37,629 nt of DNA, from the NCBI GenBank assembly GCA_026785875.1, contig JAJAZF010000203.1:1-37629 (forward strand), in the 5' to 3' direction. Positions within the stretch are counted from its first letter, which is position 1. Each line of letters starts with the position of its first letter. Under the pieces are notes generated by a model. That model searched no databases, had not been told where the DNA came from, and saw only the letters and a list, made by a program, of their open reading frames with translations. Origin of the DNA: Chamaesiphon sp. Its GTDB lineage: Bacteria; Cyanobacteriota; Cyanobacteriia; Cyanobacteriales; Chamaesiphonaceae. Shown here one piece after another: positions 1-8,955 of the stretch. The translations under genes and the position numbers were made by a program.

Positions 1-89
1 ACCCTACATGACCTAGCAGATCCGGATTTTACCCCACCAATAACCAAACACTAGCTCTTAATTCAAATTCCACCCCAGCAACCAGAAGC

Positions 90-1619
90 ATGATTGACTT
101 ATTAGAAAATCCTTTCCGGCTAGGCTTACGACAAGAACGAGTCCCCGAACCCCAAATCCTCACCATCTTCGGAGCCTCCGGCGACCTCACCCATCGTAAA
201 CTGATCCCCGCACTATATCAGATGCGACTCGATCGCCGACTCCCACCCGAAATCACGATCGTTGGCGTAGCCCGTCGCGACTGGAGCCATGAATACTTCC
301 GCGAACATTCCAAAAAAGGGATCGAAGAATTCGGGAACGGCATTCAAGACGAAACCGCCTGGGAAGAATTTGCCAAAGGCTTATATTATTGCTCCGGTGA
401 CATCGACAAACCCGAAAGTTACCAAAAACTCAAAGCTTTCCTCAGCGAAGTTGACACCGAACGCCGCACCCTGGGCAATCGGGTATATTATCTCTCCGTC
501 GCCCCCAACTTCTTCCCCGAAGCCATCAAACAACTCGGAAGTGCTGGATTACTTAGCGATGTTCAAAAACATCGCCTGATGATCGAAAAACCTTTTGGTC
601 GCGATCTCCCTTCTGCCCGCGTCCTCAACCGTGTAGTGAGAGAGCATTGTCACGAAAGCCAAGTGTACCGGATCGACCACTACTTGGGCAAAGAAACCGT
701 CCAAAACTTGCTGGTGTTGCGATTTGCCAATGCGATCTTTGAACCCCTCTGGAATCGCAACTATATCGATCACGTTCAGATCACCGTCGCCGAAACCGTT
801 GGTGTCGAAGATCGGGCGGGTTACTATGAATCCGCTGGCGCACTGCGAGACATGATTCAAAACCATCTGATGCAGGTATTTTCTCTCACTGCGATGGAAC
901 CGCCCAACTCCCTCGATGCCGATTCGATTCGGACTGAAAAAGTTAAAGTCTTGGAAGCTACCCGCCTCGCTGATGTCAACAATCTTAGTCGATCGGCAAT
1001 TCGGGGACAATATCAAGCAGGTTGGATGAAAGGCGACCAAGTTCCTGGCTATCGCGAAGAACCAGGTGTCGCGCCCGAATCAGTGACTTCGAGCTTTGTC
1101 GCCATGAAATTTATGGTCGATAACTGGCGGTGGAAAGATGTGCCTTTTTATCTGCGAACTGGTAAACGGTTGCCCAAAAAGGTTTCCGAAATCGCCGTAC
1201 AGTTCAAAGAAGTACCGTGGTTGATTTTCCAATCAGCTTCCCGTCAAGCCAATCCCAATGTGCTGACAGTGCAGATTTATCCGAATGAAGGAATCTCACT
1301 TCAATTTGAAGCCAAAATGCCTGGAGCCGATCTCCGCACCCGCACTGAGCACATGGACTTCAATTACCAAGAGGCTTTTGGCGTGAAATCTTCCGATGCT
1401 TACGACAGGCTTCTCATCGACTGTATGCTTGGCGATCAAACTTTATTTACCCGCTCCGATGAAGTTGAAGAGGCGTGGCGGATTGTCACTCCCGCGCTAT
1501 CAGATTGGGAAGCTAATACCAATCCCGATTCGGTTTCGCTTTATGAAGCAGGTACATGGGGGCCTCTAGCCGCCGAAGATCTGATCAATGATGATGGTCG
1601 TAAATGGCATCGCTCTTGA
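90..1619 (+). CDS. zwf: Glucose-6-phosphate 1-dehydrogenase
   Basis: GASGDL NADP-binding motif, RIDHYLGKE signature, EKPFG; followed by opcA. Confidence 0.98.
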   Translation: MIDLLENPFRLGLRQERVPEPQILTIFGASGDLTHRKLIPALYQMRLDRRLPPEITIVGVARRDWSHEYFREHSKKGIEEFGNGIQDETAWEEFAKGLYYCSGDIDKPESYQKLKAFLSEVDTERRTLGNRVYYLSVAPNFFPEAIKQLGSAGLLSDVQKHRLMIEKPFGRDLPSARVLNRVVREHCHESQVYRIDHYLGKETVQNLLVLRFANAIFEPLWNRNYIDHVQITVAETVGVEDRAGYYESAGALRDMIQNHLMQVFSLTAMEPPNSLDADSIRTEKVKVLEATRLADVNNLSRSAIRGQYQAGWMKGDQVPGYREEPGVAPESVTSSFVAMKFMVDNWRWKDVPFYLRTGKRLPKKVSEIAVQFKEVPWLIFQSASRQANPNVLTVQIYPNEGISLQFEAKMPGADLRTRTEHMDFNYQEAFGVKSSDAYDRLLIDCMLGDQTLFTRSDEVEEAWRIVTPALSDWEANTNPDSVSLYEAGTWGPLAAEDLINDDGRKWHRS

Positions 1620-1695
1620 GTTTGTGAAGCGTAGTCTCTAGCACCCACCCCAACTATAAATGTGCTGCCCGACGGGCACCCCTGTCTTGTCGTTT

Positions 1696-1726
1696 TTTTT
1701 ATTCGGAGGGAACCTCCGAATAAAAA
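1696..1726. repeat. Perfect 14-bp-stem hairpin in the zwf-opcA spacer
   Basis: TTTTTATTCGGAGG-GAA-CCTCCGAATAAAAA. Confidence 0.8.
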
Positions 1727-1784
1727 CGCCGCTCCTTGGAGGGGATTTTCCAAAGTCTAAAGCCTAATCCCTAAAGCCTAATAT

Positions 1785-3149
1785 ATGAGTACTCAATCTC
1801 CGCCAGTTGTCTCATTGCGCGCGCCGAAGGATGTTTCGGTTGCCGATATCGAACATGAATTAGGGCAGATCTGGAAAGATTATCAACCAGAGAGTCAGAT
1901 TCAAGATGCGATCGTCGCCACTCAAGCTACTACCTTCACATTGATGGTGTACGAGCCAGAACCAACTCAGCACATGTTATCAGTGTTGGGCTTCTACAAT
2001 GGTCCGATCGATGGTATTTTTGGCCCCGCTCAAGTCAAAGCAATCAAAGCTGCTCAAACTGCCTACCAACTCCCCAGGACTGGTAAACTCGATCGCGAGA
2101 CGATGAGCAAAATCCAAGCTGCTTATCACGAAAGAATTGCCACCACTCAAGATACACACGCCCTCGCCATCGAAAAAGATGTCGATAATCGCGGCTATGT
2201 AGTCACCGATGCGATCGCCAATACCAATCCTCGGCGAATTGTCACCCTTTGTCCGGTAATTAGTGAAGACACTGGCGTTACCGCACAGGTGTCCGTCTAT
2301 TGCCCCATGAAGAAGCAATACCTGAACACCCTCATTGGCAGTGAATACGTCACCTTACGCGCCACTCCAGATGCCTTAGAGCGCAACGGTGAGAGCATCG
2401 CTAATCTCGCCGTACCCGAATTTCCCCAATTCCTGTGGTGGAAAGACACCCCCACACCCACAAAACCCCTATTTCTTCAGCTAGCAGCACGAGCGCATTC
2501 GGTAATTTTTGACTCTGCTGAGTTTACAACTAGCGAAGCTGAATTATTGCAGTTGCATGAGATACTCGATCGCGGTACCCCCGTTATCGACCTCAACTGG
2601 CGCAGAATTGCTGGCTGGCAAGAACTCACCGCCGAAGCCTTCGATCCCCCAGCTCGTCGCAAAGATATCACCGAAATCGATCGGGTGGATGTCAATTATG
2701 AAGCAGGTAATCCCGCCCAAGCTCTAATGTTCCTCGGTTGGCTCTCCAGCCGCCTCCAATGGCAACCCGTCAGCTACAAGCATACTGGCGGCGATTATGA
2801 CCTCCGCGCGGTGGATTTTGTCGCTCCCGACGGACGCAAGATCCATACCGAATTAGCTGGAATGCCAACAGCTAACATTGGTGAGATTCCTGGCGATCTG
2901 ATGGGTGTGAGGCTCAACTCCACCAATCCTAAAGCCAACTGTATCACCGTCCTCTGTTCGGAAGTGGCTGGCTGTATGCAGATGGAAATGCGCGGCGGTA
3001 CCCAAACCGCACGAGTAGAGGAAGTATCTTCCCTCTCAGAGCGGACTGCTGAAGATTTACTCGCTGAGTACCTCCAGCGGTGGGGACGCGATTTACTTTA
3101 CGAGGAAACCATGATCGTAGTCGCTCAAATTTTGAGTAAAGTCGGGTAA
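1785..3149 (+). CDS. opcA: G6PDH assembly/activator protein OpcA with internal peptidoglycan-binding-like domain
   Basis: Directly downstream of zwf; DLNWRRIAGWQEL and ALMFLGWLSSRLQW motifs; LGFYNGPIDGIFGP...TGKLD PG_binding_1-like segment. Confidence 0.95.
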   Translation: MSTQSPPVVSLRAPKDVSVADIEHELGQIWKDYQPESQIQDAIVATQATTFTLMVYEPEPTQHMLSVLGFYNGPIDGIFGPAQVKAIKAAQTAYQLPRTGKLDRETMSKIQAAYHERIATTQDTHALAIEKDVDNRGYVVTDAIANTNPRRIVTLCPVISEDTGVTAQVSVYCPMKKQYLNTLIGSEYVTLRATPDALERNGESIANLAVPEFPQFLWWKDTPTPTKPLFLQLAARAHSVIFDSAEFTTSEAELLQLHEILDRGTPVIDLNWRRIAGWQELTAEAFDPPARRKDITEIDRVDVNYEAGNPAQALMFLGWLSSRLQWQPVSYKHTGGDYDLRAVDFVAPDGRKIHTELAGMPTANIGEIPGDLMGVRLNSTNPKANCITVLCSEVAGCMQMEMRGGTQTARVEEVSSLSERTAEDLLAEYLQRWGRDLLYEETMIVVAQILSKVG

Positions 3150-3162
3150 TTCAGATATTGTC

Positions 3163-3239
3163 GGTTGGGTAGAGCGAAAGCGTTGGCGTAGCCTCTTCTC
3201 GGAACGAGACGCTTCGCGAACGGAACGAGATAACCCAAC
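3163..3239 (+). repeat. REP-like hairpin interrupted by two nested 24-nt small dispersed repeats
   Basis: Removing 3183-3230 gives GGTTGGGTAGAGCGAAAGCGTAACCCAAC, matching the 29-nt copy at 4199-4227. Confidence 0.85.
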
Positions 3240-3353
3240 TATCTCACCAACTATCCACCTTATAAAGGTATCGATCGCACATCAACCTCCAATTTATTGA
3301 GAGATAGCGATCGATTTGGGCTGATGGCAGTCTAAGATTGGTAAGTTACAATA

Positions 3354-3551
3354 GTGTCTAGATTAATGTCTAATTTCACTTCGACATCTGCCCAAGCAGA
3401 AACATGTCTTCAGCTATCGCAAGATCTGACCAAGATGTATAGACCAATATATCTCGTTCGGTTCGATCTACGCACTGGTGACATATTTATGTTAGCTGGA
3501 GAAGGAATTGAGATAACAATTAAGGCAAATGGGCTATGGAGATTTAACTAA
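3354..3551 (+). CDS. DUF6888-like small protein, putative toxin of a cyanobacterial TA-like pair (start may be ATG 3366)
   Basis: 65 aa with IYLVRFDLRTGDIFMLAGEGIEI pattern recognised from memory; TAATG overlap with the next ORF. Confidence 0.7.
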   Translation: MSRLMSNFTSTSAQAETCLQLSQDLTKMYRPIYLVRFDLRTGDIFMLAGEGIEITIKANGLWRFN

Positions 3552-3757
3552 TGAAACCAGATTTTCAAGCTATGTCTCAAGCTGAATTGAGATCTTACAT
3601 CATCGCCCATCCCAATGATGTGGAAGCTTTTGAAACTCTAGCAGATCGGGCTTATGCTAATCCAAATCCCCAATGGTATCAGCCTCAAGATATCGGCAGA
3701 TTTACCGAGCTTTTGGAGCACGATCGAGCTAATAAAGCTACTGAATCTTCTCGCTAA
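3551..3757 (+). CDS. DUF6887-like small protein, putative partner or antitoxin
   Basis: MKPDFQAMSQAELRSYIIAHPNDVEAF pattern; translationally coupled to the upstream ORF. Confidence 0.7.
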   Translation: MKPDFQAMSQAELRSYIIAHPNDVEAFETLADRAYANPNPQWYQPQDIGRFTELLEHDRANKATESSR

Positions 3758-3770
3758 TCAAGCATACAGT

Positions 3771-3833
3771 AGATTTATTAGTGCGACAATAGCTACAAAG
3801 AAGGAGCAGCAAAGCTATGAACCAGGAATCTGA
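3771..3833 (+). pseudogene. brnT: C-terminal remnant of a BrnT-family toxin
   Basis: Reads RFISATIATKKEQQSYEPGI*, like the BrnT C-terminal RIISARxAxxxExxxYE; overlaps the brnA start; rest of the gene absent. Confidence 0.65.
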
Positions 3834-4081
3834 GTTTCCGTTTGAAAGATCAAGACGAGTTACACCAACAGAAAATCAAGAATTTCGATCTGCGTTGGTA
3901 GAACAGTTTGGGATCGATCTGAAAAAACGCGGTCGCTCAGTCAAGGAAGAAGACAAGTATGCTCCGATTTCTATTCGGCTTCACCCACAAAATTTTAGCC
4001 TGGGCGAAAGAAGAAGCAAAACAGCGAGGAATCGATTATCAAACAGTAATTAATGAAGTCCTATTGTCTCAAATCAGCTAA
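3817..4081 (+). pseudogene. brnA: Frameshifted BrnA-family antitoxin
   Basis: RGR...ISIRLHP then one extra base at 3988-3992; the +1 frame continues ILAWAKEEAKQRGIDYQTVINEVLLSQIS* (TAA 4079-4081). Confidence 0.8.
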
Positions 4082-4198
4082 AGCTAACGCACCGATAGGA
4101 AAACCAAATAAAATCTCTTTCTAAATCTCTAGAGATTGACACGCTCGAACTTCTTCAAAACTGAATTAATAATCTTCCATGTTAGTAGATAACTCGGA

Positions 4199-4279
4199 GG
4201 TTGGATAGAGCGATAGCGAAACCCAACTATCTCAATAATAAACTAGCAGTTGGTTTTCATTCTTCAACCTAACCTATAC
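4199..4279. repeat. Inverted pair of REP-like elements (BIME-like)
   Basis: GGTTGGATAGAGCGATAGCGAAACCCAAC (4199-4227) and a degenerate opposite-strand copy at 4249-4279. Confidence 0.65.
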
Positions 4280-4299
4280 ATCTAAATTAATAATTTTCC

Positions 4300-6624
4300 A
4301 TGCTAGACATCCGCGCTCAAATTGCTTCCGAACTCGACTTAAATCCGAATATCGTGCAAAATGTTCTAGATTTATTTGCCGAAGGAGCAACGATTCCCTT
4401 TATTGCTAGGTATCGGAAAGAGCGCACAGATGAGATGAATGAAATCGTATTACGTGAACTAGAGGAGAGATTTACATATCTAACAGAACTATCAGCGCGG
4501 AAAGAGAGTATTCTGAGTTCGATCGAGTCTCAAGACAAGCTAACGCCAGAATTACGCGCTAAGATTGAGAGCTGTCTGTCAAAAACTGAACTGGAAGATT
4601 TATATCTACCCTACAAACCCAAACGACGCACGAGAGCGACAATTGCTAGAGAAAAAGGCTTAGAACCGCTGGCTGAATTGATTCGTTCTCTAAATAATGC
4701 CAGTGCCAAGCCGATAGAATTAGCACCCGAAGCAGCTAAATATATCGACGAAGAAAAGGGTGTCAAGACAGCCGCCGAAGCTTTAGCAGGAGCCTCAGAT
4801 ATTATTGCAGAGTCAACTGCTGACAAAGCAAACTTACGTGCTTATATCCGCGAGTATATTCAAACTGAAGGTCAGTTTAGATCGAAGATTAAAGATGATG
4901 TTGCTGAAGGTTCGACCAAGTTTGAGATGTACCGGAAGTATACGGCACCTGTAAGTAAAGTTGCACCACATAATTTACTCGCTTTATTTCGTGGCGAGAC
5001 AGAGAAAGTTCTCAGCCTAGAATTAGAATTTAGTGAAGATGATATCTGTGAATATTTAGCTACTCAAGAGATTAAGACTAAAATACCTGCAATTCGAGAA
5101 TTTTATCGCTCGATGCTCAAGGATGCTTTCAATCGGTTGATGAAGACATCGCTAGTAAATGAAGTCAGAGCTGAGTGTAAACTACAGGCAGATATCGGCT
5201 CGATTTCTAACTTTGAAACCAATCTCCGCGAATTATTATTATCTGCTCCAGCCGGGATGAAACCGACACTCGCGATCGATCCTGGCTTCCGCAGTGGCTG
5301 TAAAGTTGCGGTATTATCAGAGACGGGTAAATATCTGGCTTATGAAGCTGTCTTTCCCCATCAAGCAGCAAATCAACGCCAACAAGCTGCCAATACAGTT
5401 AGGCAGTTTATTAAAAAATATCATATCCAATTAATCGCGATCGGGAATGGTACCGCCGGACGCGAAACCGACCAATTTGTGATCGAAACGATCGCCGATA
5501 TCGAACCGAAACCGATTAAAGTAATGGTGAATGAATCGGGCGCATCGATTTATTCAGCCAGTGATGTGGCGATTTCGGAATTTCCCGATCTCGATATTAC
5601 TGTGCGCGGGGCAATCAGTATCGGCAGACGCTTGCAAGATCCTCTAGCCGAACTGGTAAAAATCGATCCCAAATCGATCGGTGTTGGTCAATATCAACAC
5701 GATGTAGACCAAAAACTACTCAGGAAAAAACTTGATGATACTGTCGAGAGTTGCGTTAACTTTGTTGGCGTAGATCTCAATACAGCATCCAAAGAACTAC
5801 TAACATTTGTCTCTGGTTTATCTCCCGCAGTTGCTAACAACATCATCGCCTATCGGAACGAGCATGGAGCTTTTAAAAACCGCAAACAACTGCTCAAAGT
5901 GGCTAAATTAGGACCGAAAGCCTACGAACAAGCGGCTGGCTTCCTTCGCATCCGCGATGGTGAAAATCCGCTAGATAATACCGCCGTCCATCCTGAAAGC
6001 TATCCGATTCTGGCAGCGATCGCCAAGGATGTCAATATTCCGCTCACCGAGCCAACTAAATTAGGTTCGCAGCTCAAACAAGTAGATCTGAACAAGTATA
6101 TTACAGATACCATCGGCGAACCCACCCTCCGCGATATCATCAGCGAACTCGAAAAACCTGGACGCGACCCCCGCGCAGAGTTCAAATATGCCACCTTCAA
6201 GGCAGGCGTTCAAGAAATCACAGATTTAGCCATTGGAATGGAATTAGAGGGGACTGTGACCAACGTAGCCAACTTTGGTGCCTTTGTAGACATCGGGGTA
6301 CATCAGGATGGATTGGTACATATCTCCCAATTGTCAGATAACTTTGTCAGCGACCCCAATCAAATCGTCAAAGTCGGTCAAGTCGTCAAGGTCAAGGTAC
6401 TAGAAGTCAATGCTCAACTCAAACGCGTCAGTTTGACGATGAAAACGGGGGAGGCGACAAATGCCGCACGCCGCTCCCCACAACAAATAGCATTCAGTAA
6501 TCAGCCCCAAGCATTATCAAGCAAACCATCAAAAATATTATCAAAAGCTCCGTCGGTACACCCAGAATCAAATCAACCAGCGACACTGGAAGATTTGCAA
6601 CGAAAGTTTGGTAAGAAAAATTGA
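4300..6624 (+). CDS. tex: Tex-family RNA-binding transcriptional accessory protein
   Basis: GATIPFIARYRKE, DPGFRSGCK (YqgF-like), HhH, and S1 domain FGAFVDIGVHQDGLVHIS. Confidence 0.96.
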   Translation: MLDIRAQIASELDLNPNIVQNVLDLFAEGATIPFIARYRKERTDEMNEIVLRELEERFTYLTELSARKESILSSIESQDKLTPELRAKIESCLSKTELEDLYLPYKPKRRTRATIAREKGLEPLAELIRSLNNASAKPIELAPEAAKYIDEEKGVKTAAEALAGASDIIAESTADKANLRAYIREYIQTEGQFRSKIKDDVAEGSTKFEMYRKYTAPVSKVAPHNLLALFRGETEKVLSLELEFSEDDICEYLATQEIKTKIPAIREFYRSMLKDAFNRLMKTSLVNEVRAECKLQADIGSISNFETNLRELLLSAPAGMKPTLAIDPGFRSGCKVAVLSETGKYLAYEAVFPHQAANQRQQAANTVRQFIKKYHIQLIAIGNGTAGRETDQFVIETIADIEPKPIKVMVNESGASIYSASDVAISEFPDLDITVRGAISIGRRLQDPLAELVKIDPKSIGVGQYQHDVDQKLLRKKLDDTVESCVNFVGVDLNTASKELLTFVSGLSPAVANNIIAYRNEHGAFKNRKQLLKVAKLGPKAYEQAAGFLRIRDGENPLDNTAVHPESYPILAAIAKDVNIPLTEPTKLGSQLKQVDLNKYITDTIGEPTLRDIISELEKPGRDPRAEFKYATFKAGVQEITDLAIGMELEGTVTNVANFGAFVDIGVHQDGLVHISQLSDNFVSDPNQIVKVGQVVKVKVLEVNAQLKRVSLTMKTGEATNAARRSPQQIAFSNQPQALSSKPSKILSKAPSVHPESNQPATLEDLQRKFGKKN

Positions 6625-6724
6625 GGTGTGAGTTTTGACAGAATATAGCATAGTATTAGAGACTGCAAACTACTAACCTTCGTGATCTACAATTACTCAT
6701 TACCCCCATAGCTAAAAACAAAAT

Positions 6725-7903
6725 ATGACTTTCTCAGTACTCGACACATTTGCAGGTGCAGGCGGGTTTAGCCTGGGTTTCCATCTAGCAGGTGCGAAAG
6801 TTATCGGTGCTATAGAGATAGATAGTTGGGCTTGTGAAACATTCAAGTTTAATCATCCTGAAGCGACAGTTTTTCAAGGTAACATTACCAAAATGACTGA
6901 CGACCTTCTTATTAGTACTTTTGGTTCTCTCAATCCTGATATTGTTTTAGGTGGTCCACCATGTCAAGGGTTTTCGATATGTAATAAAAATAGTGGCGAC
7001 CTAAAAGATCCACGGAATTCACTTTTTGAAGATTTTATCCGTGTAGGTCGTCTCTTAAAGCCAAAAGTCATGATTATGGAAAATGTTCCTAACCTTGTAA
7101 AGGCTAAGACAGAAAGTAAAGACAACTTAATTGATATCATTAAGTATGAATTAACGAATATTGGTTATCATGTCGAATACCGTATTCTTGAGGCAACTGA
7201 TTATGGGGTTCCTCAAATTAGGAAAAGGCTTATCGTTATTGCATCAAGTAGGAAGTTAGCAAATCCATTTCCTGAAATAACGCATACAATAGCAAGTCCA
7301 ACAAATTATCTGAATACTGGACTTCAAAGATGCCCTACTCTGTGGGAGGCAATATCCGATTTACCAGAGATTAAAGCAAGAGAAGGTGCTGAAGAATCTG
7401 AATATTCTTATCCCCCACTCAACAACTACCAACAAATTCTTCGTGATGAAACAAGAAAACTTTCAAATCATAAGGCAATGAATCATTCAAAGCGAATAGT
7501 CGAACGCTTTGCTTCGATGAATTGGGGTGACTCAGCCTCAGACGTTCCAGATCATCTGCGACCCATCAAAAGGAATAGCACCGAGTTCTCAGAAAAAATT
7601 TACGATCAAAATAATCGCAGAATGCACCCAGATCGTCAATGTCATACTATTCCTGCTTCTTTTTATGCAAACTTCGTTCACCCTTACATAAATAGGAATT
7701 TTACAGCACGGGAAGGAGCTAGGATTCAATCTTTTCCCGATTGGTATGTATTCAAAGGTAAACCAACAGTAGTAAGTCATAAATTGTTGGAGCGAGAAGG
7801 TCGGTTCGCAGAAAAACATCTCTGTCAATACAATCAGATTGGTAACGCAGTTCCACCATTAATGGCAAAAGCAATAGCAGAAAACATTTTAAAACAACTT
7901 TGA
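6725..7903 (+). CDS. DNA (cytosine-5) methyltransferase of a type II R-M system
   Basis: Motifs FAGAGG, GGPPCQGFS, ENV, QIRKR, and QIGNAVPP. Confidence 0.95.
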   Translation: MTFSVLDTFAGAGGFSLGFHLAGAKVIGAIEIDSWACETFKFNHPEATVFQGNITKMTDDLLISTFGSLNPDIVLGGPPCQGFSICNKNSGDLKDPRNSLFEDFIRVGRLLKPKVMIMENVPNLVKAKTESKDNLIDIIKYELTNIGYHVEYRILEATDYGVPQIRKRLIVIASSRKLANPFPEITHTIASPTNYLNTGLQRCPTLWEAISDLPEIKAREGAEESEYSYPPLNNYQQILRDETRKLSNHKAMNHSKRIVERFASMNWGDSASDVPDHLRPIKRNSTEFSEKIYDQNNRRMHPDRQCHTIPASFYANFVHPYINRNFTAREGARIQSFPDWYVFKGKPTVVSHKLLEREGRFAEKHLCQYNQIGNAVPPLMAKAIAENILKQL

Positions 7904-7910
7904 TATAAAT

Positions 7911-8780
7911 ATGTTTGTCCACGGTAATAATATAGAACAAAAAGAGAATCATAAAACAAAATATAGAGATGCTGAATCTAGACGTTACTTATCGGCAATT
8001 CGACTCGAGTACAACCAATGGAAGATTAAAAATGAATCATTAAAAGGGCCACTGCCAATTTTTTCATTAAATGATTCTGAACTGATTGAAAAGCGAGTTC
8101 ATCTGTTAAACGACTATAAGGATTTTTTGGATCTACAGCACTATGCTGAAAAATTTGACTCTCGATCTAATCTTCATTCTTCTGTTCTAGAAGAATTCAT
8201 GTATTATCTATTCAAAGATCTTGTATTTGGAATCTCCAAAAATGCTTTAATTGGCAAGTCTCACTCATTTAAAGATATCTTCTTTAGAGCACATTCTTAC
8301 AAGGATATGGTTGAAAGACCTCATGCATTATTTGAAACAAAAGATCATGATTTTGCTATTGGTATAAGTATGAAAGCAACAATGCAATGTCAAGGCAATA
8401 TTATTGCTGATGAATATAGTTGGGATATTCCAGCAATAGCTATTGAGTGTAAGACATATCTCGACAAGACTATGCTTCAAGATGCTTCCACCGCTGCCGA
8501 ACAAATAAAACATAAAAATCCTAATGCAATGTATATTGTTGTAGCCGAATGGCTCAAACTTTCGGAATCAGTCAATCTGAAAAAATATAAGATAGACCAG
8601 ATTTATGTGCTCAGAAAGCAAAAGAATACCGATCGCGAGTTTAGGTATGATGCTGATTATCAAAAAAATCCAATCTACTCAGATGTCGTCGAGCATTGCT
8701 TCAATAATGTGCGTGAATTCTTGACCGCTGATTGGGAAGGAGGCATATCGCATGGTTTAGATCGGGGATTCTTGATTTAG
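7911..8780 (+). CDS. Bpu10I-family type II restriction endonuclease
   Basis: DHDFAI...IECKTYLDKTMLQ PD-(D/E)XK core; starts 7 nt after the methyltransferase stop. Confidence 0.85.
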   Translation: MFVHGNNIEQKENHKTKYRDAESRRYLSAIRLEYNQWKIKNESLKGPLPIFSLNDSELIEKRVHLLNDYKDFLDLQHYAEKFDSRSNLHSSVLEEFMYYLFKDLVFGISKNALIGKSHSFKDIFFRAHSYKDMVERPHALFETKDHDFAIGISMKATMQCQGNIIADEYSWDIPAIAIECKTYLDKTMLQDASTAAEQIKHKNPNAMYIVVAEWLKLSESVNLKKYKIDQIYVLRKQKNTDREFRYDADYQKNPIYSDVVEHCFNNVREFLTADWEGGISHGLDRGFLI

Positions 8781-8955
8781 AGCCAGCAATTTATTGATAA
8801 AGAGAGTGTATATAAATTCTCTCAGGGGAGATCGCCTGAAAATTGACACCACACTCGAAAAATCGCGCTAAATTATAGTAGTAAGGTCGCCAAGGATAAA
8901 CTGTCCTCACAGACCCCCGATCGTTCCACCTCCCGATAATTGGCATATTTCAACC

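Noticed and set aside
3817-4053. 78-aa ORF as an intact gene
   Set aside because: The tail after about 3990 is out of frame; the BrnA-like C-terminus is in the +1 frame
6635-6665. TTGACA upstream of the methyltransferase (and at 8843 upstream of hisD)
   Set aside because: No convincing -10 hexamer at 16-18 nt spacing
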